Below, one piece after another: positions 28,391 through 36,895 of a stretch of 36,895 nt of DNA. The notes below the pieces were generated by a model. The model did not search any database, was not told the DNA's origin, and saw nothing but the letters and a program-made list of their open reading frames with translations. Source of the DNA: an uncultured Lachnospiraceae bacterium (GTDB taxonomy: Bacteria > Bacillota > Clostridia > Lachnospirales > Lachnospiraceae); contig CACZQS010000094.1 in the NCBI GenBank assembly GCA_902783325.1, positions 1 to 36,895 on the forward strand, read 5' to 3'. The position numbers and the translations under genes were made by a program. How positions within the stretch are numbered: position 1 is the stretch's first letter; each line of letters starts with the position of its first letter.

Positions 28391-29767
28391 ATGCCTAAAA
28401 AAGCAGCATTTCATAATCTGGGATGCAGGGTCAATGCTTACGAGACCGAAGCCATGCTTGAACAGCTCAAGGCGGACGGTTATGAGATTGTGCCCTTCGG
28501 GACGCCGGCAGATGTCTGCGTCGTGAATACCTGTACCGTCACGCACATCGCGGACCGGAAATCCAGACAGATGCTGCACCGCGCCCGCGAACTGAATCCT
28601 TCTGCTGTTGTCGTTGCCGCTGGCTGTTATGTGGAGGATGCGGGGGAAGAGATCCTCAAAGACGGGACTGTGGACCTCATCATCGGCAATCATGCCAAGT
28701 CACAGCTTTCCGCTATACTTCGCCTCCGCGAATCCGGCGAGACGAGGGCTGTCTATACGGAGCCCATAGAGGCTGTGCGCGAATACGAGAAGATTTTTAT
28801 CTCCGAGACAGAGGGGCGGACCCGCGCATTTCTCAAGATCCAGGACGGCTGCAATGAGTTCTGCAGCTACTGCATGATCCCTTATGTGCGCGGGCGGGTC
28901 CGGAGCCGGGACGCGGACGACATCGTAAAGGAGACTGCAGTTCTTGCCGCAAAAGGATACGCGGAGATTGTGCTCACAGGGATTCATATCAGCTCCTACG
29001 GAATCGATTTTGACGGGCGCGGATCTGACAGCCGGCTCGCCGATGCCGGGGAAGCAAAGACCAATTACCGCCTTCTGGATCTGGCACGCCGCACGGCGGC
29101 CGTTCCCGGAGTGAAGAGAATCCGCTTCGGCTCACTGGAGCCCGGAATTATGACCGAAGATTTCGTGAGAGGGCTTGCGGAAATACCGGAGATCTGTCCC
29201 CAGTTTCACCTGTCTCTCCAGAGCGGCTGCGACGCCACGCTCTCCCGCATGAAGCGGCACTACACAACGGCGGCTTATTCCGAGATCTGCGGACGTTTGC
29301 GGGCGGCATTTGCAAATCCAGCGATTACGACGGATCTCATCGCGGGTTTCCCGGGCGAGACGGAGGAGGAGTTCCTTGCGACCGTTGAATTTGTGCGCTC
29401 TTTGCATTTTGCAAAAACACATGTCTTTAAATACTCGCGGAGAAAGGGCACCAGGGCGGACAAGATGCCGGACCAGGTCCCCGATCATCTGAAGAAAACG
29501 AGAAGCGATGTGCTCATTGCCCTGGACGCGGAATCCAGGCACCGGTACGCTGAGAGCTTCACGGGTAAGACAGTGGAAGTCCTCTTTGAGGAGCGGGAAG
29601 CAAAGGACGGCCTCTTTATCAATACCGGTCATACGCGGGAAGCGCTGGACGCGGTGCTTAAAGGTCCTGAGGATCTCACCGGCTGTGTGATGCAGTGCCA
29701 TGTCAGGGAAGTGCTCCCGGACGGGACCGTTTCAGTTGAGGACAGCCAAGGCATCCTTGCTAAATGA
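28391..29767 (+). CDS. mtaB: tRNA t6A37 methylthiotransferase MtaB
   Basis: HNLGCRVNAYETE, VNTCTVT, KIQDGCNEFCSYC (radical SAM), HLSLQSG, YSRRKGT, TRAM-like C-terminus; ATG 28391 after AAGGAG. Confidence 0.93.
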   Translation: MPKKAAFHNLGCRVNAYETEAMLEQLKADGYEIVPFGTPADVCVVNTCTVTHIADRKSRQMLHRARELNPSAVVVAAGCYVEDAGEEILKDGTVDLIIGNHAKSQLSAILRLRESGETRAVYTEPIEAVREYEKIFISETEGRTRAFLKIQDGCNEFCSYCMIPYVRGRVRSRDADDIVKETAVLAAKGYAEIVLTGIHISSYGIDFDGRGSDSRLADAGEAKTNYRLLDLARRTAAVPGVKRIRFGSLEPGIMTEDFVRGLAEIPEICPQFHLSLQSGCDATLSRMKRHYTTAAYSEICGRLRAAFANPAITTDLIAGFPGETEEEFLATVEFVRSLHFAKTHVFKYSRRKGTRADKMPDQVPDHLKKTRSDVLIALDAESRHRYAESFTGKTVEVLFEEREAKDGLFINTGHTREALDAVLKGPEDLTGCVMQCHVREVLPDGTVSVEDSQGILAK

Positions 29768-29785
29768 GAACACAAGTTGTAAAAT
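29757..29785 (+). promoter_or_regulatory. Putative sigma-A promoter of the ireB-ruvX operon
   Basis: TTGCTA (29757-29762), 17-bp spacer, TAAAAT (29780-29785). Confidence 0.55.
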
Positions 29786-29836
29786 GAACAGGAAGTTCTG
29801 GTTATGAGCATCAGGCAAAAAATGGAGATAAAGAAT

Positions 29837-30106
29837 ATGTCTGACAAAATCGGAAGCACGCAGTTTTTCAGCGTAAAGAAAGAACCGGAGATTCATGTCA
29901 AGGATGTGATCAGCGTCGTCTATGAAGCGATGTCGGAGAAGGGCTACAATCCGGTTAACCAGATCGTGGGGTATATTATGTCCGGCGATCCGACTTACAT
30001 AACGAACCACAAGGGTGCGCGCAGCATGATTATGAAAGTGGAGCGCGATGAGCTTGTGGAAGAATTGCTGCGGGAATACATAAGGAGCAAAGCCTGGCGT
30101 GAATGA
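29837..30106 (+). CDS. ireB: IreB/ReoM family regulatory phosphoprotein (DUF965)
   Basis: STQFF N-terminal phosphosite region, [38 protein letters not shown]; start ATG 29837. Confidence 0.92.
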   Translation: MSDKIGSTQFFSVKKEPEIHVKDVISVVYEAMSEKGYNPVNQIVGYIMSGDPTYITNHKGARSMIMKVERDELVEELLREYIRSKAWRE

Positions 30107-30539
30107 GACGCGCGGGAGAGTGCTCGGTCTCGATTATGGTTCGAAGACGGTGGGAGTTGCCGTCAGTGATCCCCTGCGCGTGATTGCGCAGGGCGTTGAA
30201 ATTATACGGCGGAAGGAAGAAAATCATCTGCGCGCCACATACCGGAGAATCGCTTCATTGGCGGAGGAGTATGAGGTATCGGAGATTGTGCTCGGTCTTC
30301 CCCTCAATATGGACGACACGAAAGGAGAGCGCGCTGAAAAGACGCTCTTATTTGCCCGGGAACTTGAGGCGAGACTCCATCTGACCGTACATCTTGCGGA
30401 TGAGAGGCTCACCACGGTTGAGGCGGAGGAGGCTATGCATCTTCAAGGCGTTGACCGCCGGGATTATAAGGAATATGTGGACAGCATCGCTGCTGCCATT
30501 ATCTTACAGGACTGGTTGAATCAGAATGGAAACCATTGA
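30099..30539 (+). CDS. ruvX: Holliday junction resolvase-like / pre-16S rRNA nuclease RuvX (YqgF)
   Basis: [44 protein letters not shown]. Confidence 0.93.
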   Translation: MNETRGRVLGLDYGSKTVGVAVSDPLRVIAQGVEIIRRKEENHLRATYRRIASLAEEYEVSEIVLGLPLNMDDTKGERAEKTLLFARELEARLHLTVHLADERLTTVEAEEAMHLQGVDRRDYKEYVDSIAAAIILQDWLNQNGNH

Positions 30540-30783
30540 TTTTATTGCCGATGACGGCAAGCTTTGCACATTTTACGTAGAAGAGCAGACGCGTGTGAAC
30601 GGAACGGATTACCTCCTCGTGACAGATGCCGGGGAGGGCGACGCGAATGCTTATATATTTAAGGATATCTCCGCACCGGACGCAGAAGAGGCCGCGTACG
30701 TTCCCGTCGAGGACGAGGACGAACTCCGGGCTCTTATGAAGATCTTTGCGGAGATGCTTGACGACACGGATCTTGAAATGTGA
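30526..30783 (+). CDS. DUF1292 domain protein
   Basis: Acidic 85 aa, FYVEEQTRVNGTDYLLVTD; conserved position after ruvX in Firmicutes. Confidence 0.8.
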   Translation: METIDFIADDGKLCTFYVEEQTRVNGTDYLLVTDAGEGDANAYIFKDISAPDAEEAAYVPVEDEDELRALMKIFAEMLDDTDLEM

Positions 30784-30840
30784 CGGAAGCATCAAGAGAG
30801 ATTCGCATCATTGAATTATGGAGGAGACTGAAGATTATAA

Positions 30841-32502
30841 ATGAATAAAGAAAAGATAAAGATTATCCCGCTCGGCGGACTGGAGCAGATCGGGATGAAT
30901 ATGACTGCGTTCGAATACGGAGACAGTATTGTTGTTTTGGACTGCGGTCTTGCATTTCCGGAGGATGATATGCTCGGGATTGATTTCGTGATCCCGGACG
31001 TGACCTATCTTGTCGAGAATATCAGCAAGGTGAAAGGGCTCATCGTCACTCACGGACACGAGGATCACATCGGCTCGATCCCGTATGTGTTCCAGAGACT
31101 GAATGTCCCGATCTATACAACAAGGCTTACGATGGCGCTGATCGAGAACAAGCTCGAGGAGCATGATCTGCTCGGTATCGTGAAACGGAAAACAGTGAAC
31201 TTCGGACAGTCCATCAATCTGGGTGAGTTCCGGATCGAATTCATCAAGACGAATCACAGCATCCAGGACGCGGCGGCCATAGCCATTTATTCACCGGCCG
31301 GCATCATCGTCCACACCGGAGACTTTAAGATAGATTACACGCCGGTCTTTGGAGACGCCATCGACCTGCAGCGTTTCGCGGAGATCGGCAAGAAGGGCGT
31401 GCTTGCCCTTCTGTGCGACAGCACGAACGCGGAGAAACCCGGCTACACGATGTCCGAGAGGACAGTCGGCGCCACTTTTGAGCGCATCTTCGCGAAGCAT
31501 GTAAAGCAGAGGCTCGTGATTGCGACATTTGCCTCGAATGTGGACCGCGTGCAGCAGATCATCAACTCGGCCGCGAAGTACGGACGTAAGGTCTGCCTCG
31601 AGGGCAGGTCCATGGTAAATGTCATCGGCACGGCCGTGGAGATGGGCTATATTGAAGACAAGAACAACACGATTGTGGATCTCGATGACCTGAAGAATTA
31701 CCCGCCCGAGAAGATCGTTCTCATCACGACTGGAAGTCAGGGAGAATCCATGGCTGCGCTGTCGCGCATGGCGGCCAATATCCACAAGAAGATCAAGCTT
31801 ATGCCCGGCGACGTCATCGTCTTTTCCTCTCATCCGATTCCGGGAAATGAAAAGGCGGTCTCCAATGTGATCAATGAACTCGCGGATATCGGGGCGGAGG
31901 TGATCTTCCAGGACACTCACGTGTCCGGACATGCCTGCCAGGAAGAGATTAAGCTGCTCTATGCGCTGCTGCAGCCGAAATATGCCGTGCCGGTGCACGG
32001 AGAGAGACGGCATCTTCTCGCGCAGTCGAAGATTGCGGAGGAGATCGGCATCCCGAAAGAGAATATCTGGGTCCTGCACACAGGGGATGTGCTGGAGCTG
32101 TCCGAGGAGAGCTCCCACATCGTCGGCAAGGTGCAGACAGGCGGAATTCTTGTGGACGGACTCGGCGTCGGGGATGTAGGGAATATCGTCATCCGGGACA
32201 GGCACAGACTTGCGGAGGACGGCATTATCATCGTGGTGATGACGCTGGAGAAGCACTCCAACCGCCTTCTGTCAGGTCCGGACCTTGTGTCCAGGGGATT
32301 TGTCTATGTACGCGAATCGGAAGACCTCATGGAGGAGGCGTCGCGCACTGTGTATGAGGCGGCGGAGCGCTGTCTCATGGACAATGTCACGGACTGGACG
32401 AAGATCAAGACGGAAATCAAGGATGAGCTCAGCGAGTTTGTCTGGAAGCGCACGCAGAGAAGGCCCATGATTCTGCCGATCATTATGGAGGCATCAGTTT
32501 AA
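30841..32502 (+). CDS. rnj: Ribonuclease J
   Basis: IIPLGGLEQIGMNMT, THGHEDHIG, HTGDFK, DSTNA, TGSQGE, HVSGHA, PVHGE. Confidence 0.97.
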   Translation: MNKEKIKIIPLGGLEQIGMNMTAFEYGDSIVVLDCGLAFPEDDMLGIDFVIPDVTYLVENISKVKGLIVTHGHEDHIGSIPYVFQRLNVPIYTTRLTMALIENKLEEHDLLGIVKRKTVNFGQSINLGEFRIEFIKTNHSIQDAAAIAIYSPAGIIVHTGDFKIDYTPVFGDAIDLQRFAEIGKKGVLALLCDSTNAEKPGYTMSERTVGATFERIFAKHVKQRLVIATFASNVDRVQQIINSAAKYGRKVCLEGRSMVNVIGTAVEMGYIEDKNNTIVDLDDLKNYPPEKIVLITTGSQGESMAALSRMAANIHKKIKLMPGDVIVFSSHPIPGNEKAVSNVINELADIGAEVIFQDTHVSGHACQEEIKLLYALLQPKYAVPVHGERRHLLAQSKIAEEIGIPKENIWVLHTGDVLELSEESSHIVGKVQTGGILVDGLGVGDVGNIVIRDRHRLAEDGIIIVVMTLEKHSNRLLSGPDLVSRGFVYVRESEDLMEEASRTVYEAAERCLMDNVTDWTKIKTEIKDELSEFVWKRTQRRPMILPIIMEASV

Positions 32503-32503
32503 T

Positions 32504-32845
32504 ATGGAAAAGAGCATAAAAGAAGCTTCAGCAAATATGGTGAGGACGATCCGCGAAAGTGAAGTGTACCGGCACTATCTTGAGTGTGCCGATGCCCTTA
32601 ACAGCATGCCGGGGGTCCTGGACCGGGTGATGGAGCTGCGGGCTCAGACCATCGATGTCTATCATGGGACAGACAGTGATGATTTTATAGAGAAATCCGA
32701 TCATCTGGCAGAGCTCCGCGACGAGCTTCAGAAGATTCCTGAGGTCGACGCGTTCCTGGAAGCGGAGGAGGAACTGGTTCATACGCTGCAGGAAGTGAGC
32801 GGAGAGCTGTCCAGGGCAATACGGCTTTATATTCCATATCATTAA
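32504..32845 (+). CDS. YlbF/YmcA (Com_YlbF) family regulator
   Basis: 113 aa helical protein; IRESEVYRHY...VDAFLEAEEEL pattern; follows rnj. Confidence 0.7.
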   Translation: MEKSIKEASANMVRTIRESEVYRHYLECADALNSMPGVLDRVMELRAQTIDVYHGTDSDDFIEKSDHLAELRDELQKIPEVDAFLEAEEELVHTLQEVSGELSRAIRLYIPYH

Positions 32846-32856
32846 TCATAAGAGGC

Positions 32857-33099
32857 ATGGGAAGCAGAAGAAACAAAGAAACTGCATGGCGCATGGTACT
32901 GACCGGCGGGAGCGTGATGATCCGCATCCTGCTTTTTGTGTTGGCCGTCGTCATCCTCCTGGCGGTGGGAAAGACGGCTTATTCTGCCGGCTGCAGCCTC
33001 TTTGCGGCAACTGAGGAAGGCGGAACTTCCGGGGCTCAGCAGGAATTCCTGAACCTCATGGGAAAGCTCACCGGAAGAGGGACAGGCGATGGCGGCTGA
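32857..33099 (+). CDS. Small single-TM protein, possibly a truncated MltG-like N-terminal stub
   Basis: 80 aa; TM IRILLFVLAVVILLAV then AYSAGCSLFA; RBS GAGG; sits upstream of the O-methyltransferase/U32 pair, where mltG (yrrL) usually lies. Confidence 0.5.
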   Translation: MGSRRNKETAWRMVLTGGSVMIRILLFVLAVVILLAVGKTAYSAGCSLFAATEEGGTSGAQQEFLNLMGKLTGRGTGDGG

Positions 33100-33733
33100 G
33101 GAGAGGAACAGGAGACTTGCGGTCTATATGGAGACCATCTCTCCCGAGCTTCCTCCTTATCTTCTTGAACTTGAGAAGGAGGCGGCCCTGCAAGGGGTCC
33201 CCATCGTCCGGAGAGATACGCTCCGAGCTCTGATCCTGCTGCTTGCCATGAAGAAGCCTGATTCCATCCTTGAGATCGGGACGGCTGTCGGGTATTCTGC
33301 TCTCTGCTTTTTGGAATATTCCGATGCCCGCGTCGTTACCATTGAGAATGATCCGGAGCGGATCCGGCAGGCGAAACAGAATATTCTGAACGCGGGAAAG
33401 AGCGGCAGGGTGACTCTTCTTGAGGGAAATGCGGAGGAGATCCTTCCCGCAATCAGGGAGAGCTTTCCCTTTATCTTTCTCGATGCCGCGCAGGGCCAGT
33501 ACGTACACTTCCTGCCGCAGATCATAAGACTGCTCTCACCGGGCGGAGTGCTCCTTACCGACAATGTACTCATAGGCGGTGATCTTATTGAATCCCGCTA
33601 TGCCATAGAAAGAAGAAATCGCACGATACACAAAAGAATGCGCGAATATCTGCGCAGCATCACAGAAAGGGAAGGGCTTGTCACCACGGTATTTCCGGTG
33701 GGGGACGGGTTACTTGTGACGGTGAAAAAATGA
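33089..33733 (+). CDS. O-methyltransferase (YrrM/TrmR-like, tRNA ho5U methylation)
   Basis: VPIVR, ILEIGTAVGYSA, FIFLDAAQGQY, GGVLLTDNVL, PVGDGL; adjacent to a U32 peptidase. Confidence 0.88.
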   Translation: MAAEERNRRLAVYMETISPELPPYLLELEKEAALQGVPIVRRDTLRALILLLAMKKPDSILEIGTAVGYSALCFLEYSDARVVTIENDPERIRQAKQNILNAGKSGRVTLLEGNAEEILPAIRESFPFIFLDAAQGQYVHFLPQIIRLLSPGGVLLTDNVLIGGDLIESRYAIERRNRTIHKRMREYLRSITEREGLVTTVFPVGDGLLVTVKK

Positions 33734-34956
33734 GACATCCGGAGCTGCTGCTCCCGGCGGGAAGTCTGCCAGTCCTGAAGGTGGCAGTCCTTTACGGGGC
33801 GGACGCCGTATATATCGGCGGCGAGGCGATGAGCCTTCGGGCAAAAGCAAAGAATTTTACGTCGGAAGAGATGCGGGAAGGCATCTCTTTTGCGCATGAG
33901 CGCGGAAAAAAAGTCTATGTGACGGCGAATATCTATGCCCACAACAGCGATCTTGCCCCGGCGGAGGCATATTTCCGCGAGCTCGGTGAGCTGAAGGCAG
34001 ACGGCGTGCTGATCTCGGACATAGGACTTGCAGATCTTTTCTTAAGGACCTGTCCGGATCTGCCCCTTCACATCAGCACGCAGGCGAATACGACAAATTA
34101 CGCGTCCGCGATGTTCTATCACCGCTTAGGCGCGAAGAGGATCGTGACGGCCAGAGAGCTCACGCTTCGCGAGCTCAAGGAGATAAGAAGCCGTGTGCCC
34201 GAAGACCTTGAGCTGGAATGCTTTGTTCACGGAGCGATGTGCATCTCCTATTCCGGCCGCTGCCTGCTCAGCAATTATCTGGCGGGGCGCGATGCCAACC
34301 GCGGCGCGTGCACGCATCCGTGCCGCTGGAAATATGCCGTCATGGAGGAGACGAGACCCGGCGAATATATGCCGGTTGAGGAAAATGAAAGAGGGACTTA
34401 CATCTTTAATTCGAAGGATCTGTGCATGGTCGGGCATCTCGATGATCTCTACGACGCCGGAATTGACAGCTTTAAGGTGGAAGGCCGGATGAAGACTGCC
34501 CTCTATGTCGCCACAGCCGCTTCCGTTTACAGCCGCGCGATGAGGGATTACGAGACGGATCCGGCTCTCTATAAGGAGAGGATTCCTCTCTATGAGGAGC
34601 AGATCGCGGACTGCACCTACCGGCGCTTTACCACCGGATTCTTTTACGGGAGACCGGATGAAGGCGCTCTCATCTATGACAGCAATACCTATATCCGCAA
34701 CTATACCTTCCTCGGTATCGTCGGTTCCGTGGATGCGGACGGCTGCTGCCATTTCTCACAGAAGAACAAATTCTCGGTGGGCGAAGCCATCGAGATCATG
34801 AAGCCGGACGGGCGGGCTGTGCCGGCAGAAGTAAAAGCCATCTATGACGAAGAGGGCTTGAGTATGCCTTCGGCGCCTCACCCGCAGCAGCCGCTTAAGG
34901 TTGCCTTAAGCGAACAGGCCGACCCCTTCGATATTCTCAGGCGGAAGGAAAACTAA
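33730..34956 (+). CDS. Peptidase U32 family protein (YrrO/TrhP-like, tRNA hydroxylation)
   Basis: PELLLPAG, GADAVYIGG, HISTQAN, FVHGAMCISYSGRCLLS, ANRGACTHPCRW, FKVEGRMK. Confidence 0.92.
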   Translation: MRHPELLLPAGSLPVLKVAVLYGADAVYIGGEAMSLRAKAKNFTSEEMREGISFAHERGKKVYVTANIYAHNSDLAPAEAYFRELGELKADGVLISDIGLADLFLRTCPDLPLHISTQANTTNYASAMFYHRLGAKRIVTARELTLRELKEIRSRVPEDLELECFVHGAMCISYSGRCLLSNYLAGRDANRGACTHPCRWKYAVMEETRPGEYMPVEENERGTYIFNSKDLCMVGHLDDLYDAGIDSFKVEGRMKTALYVATAASVYSRAMRDYETDPALYKERIPLYEEQIADCTYRRFTTGFFYGRPDEGALIYDSNTYIRNYTFLGIVGSVDADGCCHFSQKNKFSVGEAIEIMKPDGRAVPAEVKAIYDEEGLSMPSAPHPQQPLKVALSEQADPFDILRRKEN

Positions 34957-35918
34957 TCGCGGAGGGCCGTGACGGGCTCCCCCGACCGAAGATCGGGGGC
35001 AGATTTAATATAAGCATCCCTGCCGCGCTCGGATATGAGATGCTCCTCGAAAAGCTCGCTCAGTGCGGAGCGGATCAGGGGCAGCGGGAGCGCGGTTTTT
35101 TTCGCTATGGTATCAGGATATGCGGCGTCTTCGTAGGAGAGGACCGAAAAGACCTGCTTTGCCTCGTCCGACAGGCGCGGACTTTTTAGGATGCGCTTCT
35201 CAAAGGCTCTCCGGAAGCGGGCCGCCCGTCTTCTTGATTCCGAAAAGGAGACCGTATCCCGTATCATATCCAGCTCGGACAGGATGGCTTCCGGAGCATA
35301 CGCAATTCCCGCTCCCTGGGCAATCAGGCAGTTGCATCCGTCAGAGAGCGGATCGCCGACCCTTCCCGGAACGGCATATACGGTCTTTCCCTGGGAGAGC
35401 GCGAAATCCACTGTGATCAGTGAGCCTGAGCGGGACTTCGCCTCAACGACGAGAACGATATCCGACAGGGCGCTGATGAGGCGGTTTCTGCTCGGAAAGA
35501 GGCGGCCTATCGGAGCCGTCCCGGGCGGCTGCTCCGAGAGAATGCCTCCCTGTTTCCGGATCCGGTTATATAAAGTCGTATTGCTTCGCGGATAGCAGAC
35601 GTCGACCCCGGAGGCAAGGACCGCAAAGCTTTTTCCGCCTCCGTCGAGGGCCCCTTCCTGAGCGCTTCCGTCGATTCCCACGGCCATGCCGCTGATGATC
35701 TGTACTCCCCGCCCTGCAAGGATCCTGCCGAATTCATAAGCCGTTTCTTTTCCGTAGGCGCTGCAGAGTCTCGCGCCCACAATACCGACCGCGGGGCGGT
35801 CATCATCCGGCATCTCCCCCAGGAAGTATAACTCTTCCGGCATGGAGGAGCACTCCGCCATCTTCTTCGGATAATTCTCATCCCCTTTGCGAACGATCCG
35901 GATTTCCATATTCATCAT
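34953..35918 (-). CDS. dprA: DNA-processing protein DprA
   Basis: VGIVGAR, IISGMAVGIDG, AVLASGVDVCYP, FPSRNRLISALS, VVEAKSRSGSLIT, AVPGR, C-terminal winged-helix-like region. Confidence 0.94.
   Translation of the reverse strand: MMNMEIRIVRKGDENYPKKMAECSSMPEELYFLGEMPDDDRPAVGIVGARLCSAYGKETAYEFGRILAGRGVQIISGMAVGIDGSAQEGALDGGGKSFAVLASGVDVCYPRSNTTLYNRIRKQGGILSEQPPGTAPIGRLFPSRNRLISALSDIVLVVEAKSRSGSLITVDFALSQGKTVYAVPGRVGDPLSDGCNCLIAQGAGIAYAPEAILSELDMIRDTVSFSESRRRAARFRRAFEKRILKSPRLSDEAKQVFSVLSYEDAAYPDTIAKKTALPLPLIRSALSELFEEHLISERGRDAYIKSAPDLRSGEPVTALRD
34966..35005 (-). repeat. 40-bp palindromic repeat, copy 2 (within the dprA 3' end)
   Basis: GCCGTGACGGGCTCCCCCGACCGAAGATCGGGGGCAGATT; 37/40 identical to 27992-28031. 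Confidence 0.85.
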
Positions 35919-36895
35919 ATTCCTCCTCCTTCCCAGAAAGCATCGTCCAAAGGCCGGTAGACCAGAGCCTCCTCTATGTGCTCGGACCGGATCAGCTCAG
36001 AGGCGGCAAGATCGGCTATGGTTCTTGCTACCCGAACGACGCGGTAATAGCTTCTCGCGCTTAAGTCCCTTGCATAAAATGCGTGCTCCAGACACTTCGC
36101 GGCTGCGCTGTCCATGGAGCAGAAATCCCCGATCCTGTTCGCCGGTATCTCGGAATTGAAGTGCAGTGAAGTGCCGCGGAAGCGGGCGGCCTCGATCTCC
36201 CGTACTGCCTCCACCTGTTCCCGGAGCTGTGCCGAGGACGGGCCTTTCCTGGAGGAGGCAGTCAGTTCCTCATATGAAACCGGCGGACAAATGACACTTA
36301 AATCGATGCGGTCGAGCAGGGGCTTGGAGATGCGGTTCCTGTATTCGGTGACAGCGCGGGGCGTGCAGGTGCATCGGGTCATATCCGGGAAATAGCCGCA
36401 GGGGCAGGGATTCATCGCGGCCAGAAGAAGGAAACTCGCGGGGAAGCGGTAGGAGCCGGAAGCCCTGGAGATGATGATCTCCCTGTCTTCCAGGGGCTGC
36501 CTGAGAATTTCAAGGGTTTTGGTCTGGAATTCCGGCATCTCGTCGAGAAAAAGAACACCTCTGTGCGCCAGGGAGACTTCACCGGGAGCGGGGATCTTCC
36601 CGCCTCCGGCGAGGGCCTGGGGAGACATGGTGTGATGAGGATGCCGGAAGGGCCTGACGCCGGTGATCGGATGCTCGTCATCGATCAGTCCCGCGATGCT
36701 GTAAATCCGGGAGATCTCGAGGGCCTCTTCCTTCGTGAGGGAGGGCAGGATGGAGGGCAGACGCCGGGCCAGCATCGTCTTGCCGGAGCCGGGCGTGCCG
36801 ACGAGCATCAGGTTGTGAAAGCCGGCTACTGCGATGAGCGCCGCTCTTTTTGCGGTGAGCTGGCCGCGGATATCCGAAAAATCTTCCTCGTACAC
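35915..36895 (-). CDS. comM: YifB/ComM family Mg-chelatase-like AAA+ ATPase (5'-truncated by the window edge)
   Basis: DFSDIRGQ, GTPGSGKTMLARR, RPFRHPHHT, PGEVSLAHRGVLFLDE, AAMNPCPCG, LSARSY..VARTIADL; the N-terminal part lies beyond 36895. Confidence 0.93.
   Translation of the reverse strand: MYEEDFSDIRGQLTAKRAALIAVAGFHNLMLVGTPGSGKTMLARRLPSILPSLTKEEALEISRIYSIAGLIDDEHPITGVRPFRHPHHTMSPQALAGGGKIPAPGEVSLAHRGVLFLDEMPEFQTKTLEILRQPLEDREIIISRASGSYRFPASFLLLAAMNPCPCGYFPDMTRCTCTPRAVTEYRNRISKPLLDRIDLSVICPPVSYEELTASSRKGPSSAQLREQVEAVREIEAARFRGTSLHFNSEIPANRIGDFCSMDSAAAKCLEHAFYARDLSARSYYRVVRVARTIADLAASELIRSEHIEEALVYRPLDDAFWEGGGI

Noticed and set aside
36893-36895. GTG start of the comM ORF in the ORF track
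   Set aside because: This is a window-edge artefact; ComM/YifB proteins have an N-terminal domain that must lie beyond the window.

Overview
A chromosomal window (roughly 55% GC by eye) that looks Clostridial, probably Lachnospiraceae-like, and is mostly housekeeping. From left to right: a candidate structured ncRNA with a terminator; an operon-like run of a small ParB/Srx-fold protein, a GH3-family acyl-adenylating enzyme, a family I CoA-transferase and an S66 (LdcA/MccF) peptidase; a stand-alone HRDC protein; htrA (minus strand); a DAGK-family kinase; type III glutamine synthetase; a CdaR/PucR regulator; ftsEX; uvrB. Next is an orphan ZorA/ZorB-like (MotA/MotB-type) pair with a very long ZorA-like tail and a 23-heptad Gln/Leu coiled-coil stalk in the ZorB-like subunit. 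Then come CIRCE-hrcA-grpE-dnaK-dnaJ-prmA-truA-cysteine desulfurase-thiI; HPr (minus); mtaB-ireB-ruvX-DUF1292-rnj-ylbF-(MltG-like stub)-O-methyltransferase-U32 peptidase; and dprA plus a partial comM (minus). The best candidates for undescribed biology are the effector-less ZorAB-like motor with its apparent OmpR-type promoter, the GH3/CoA-transferase/S66 cluster, two structured intergenic RNAs, and a 40-bp palindromic repeat that forms the C-termini of two unrelated genes. No tRNA, rRNA, CRISPR array, transposase or integrase was seen. All calls come from motif recognition by eye; no database searches were run.
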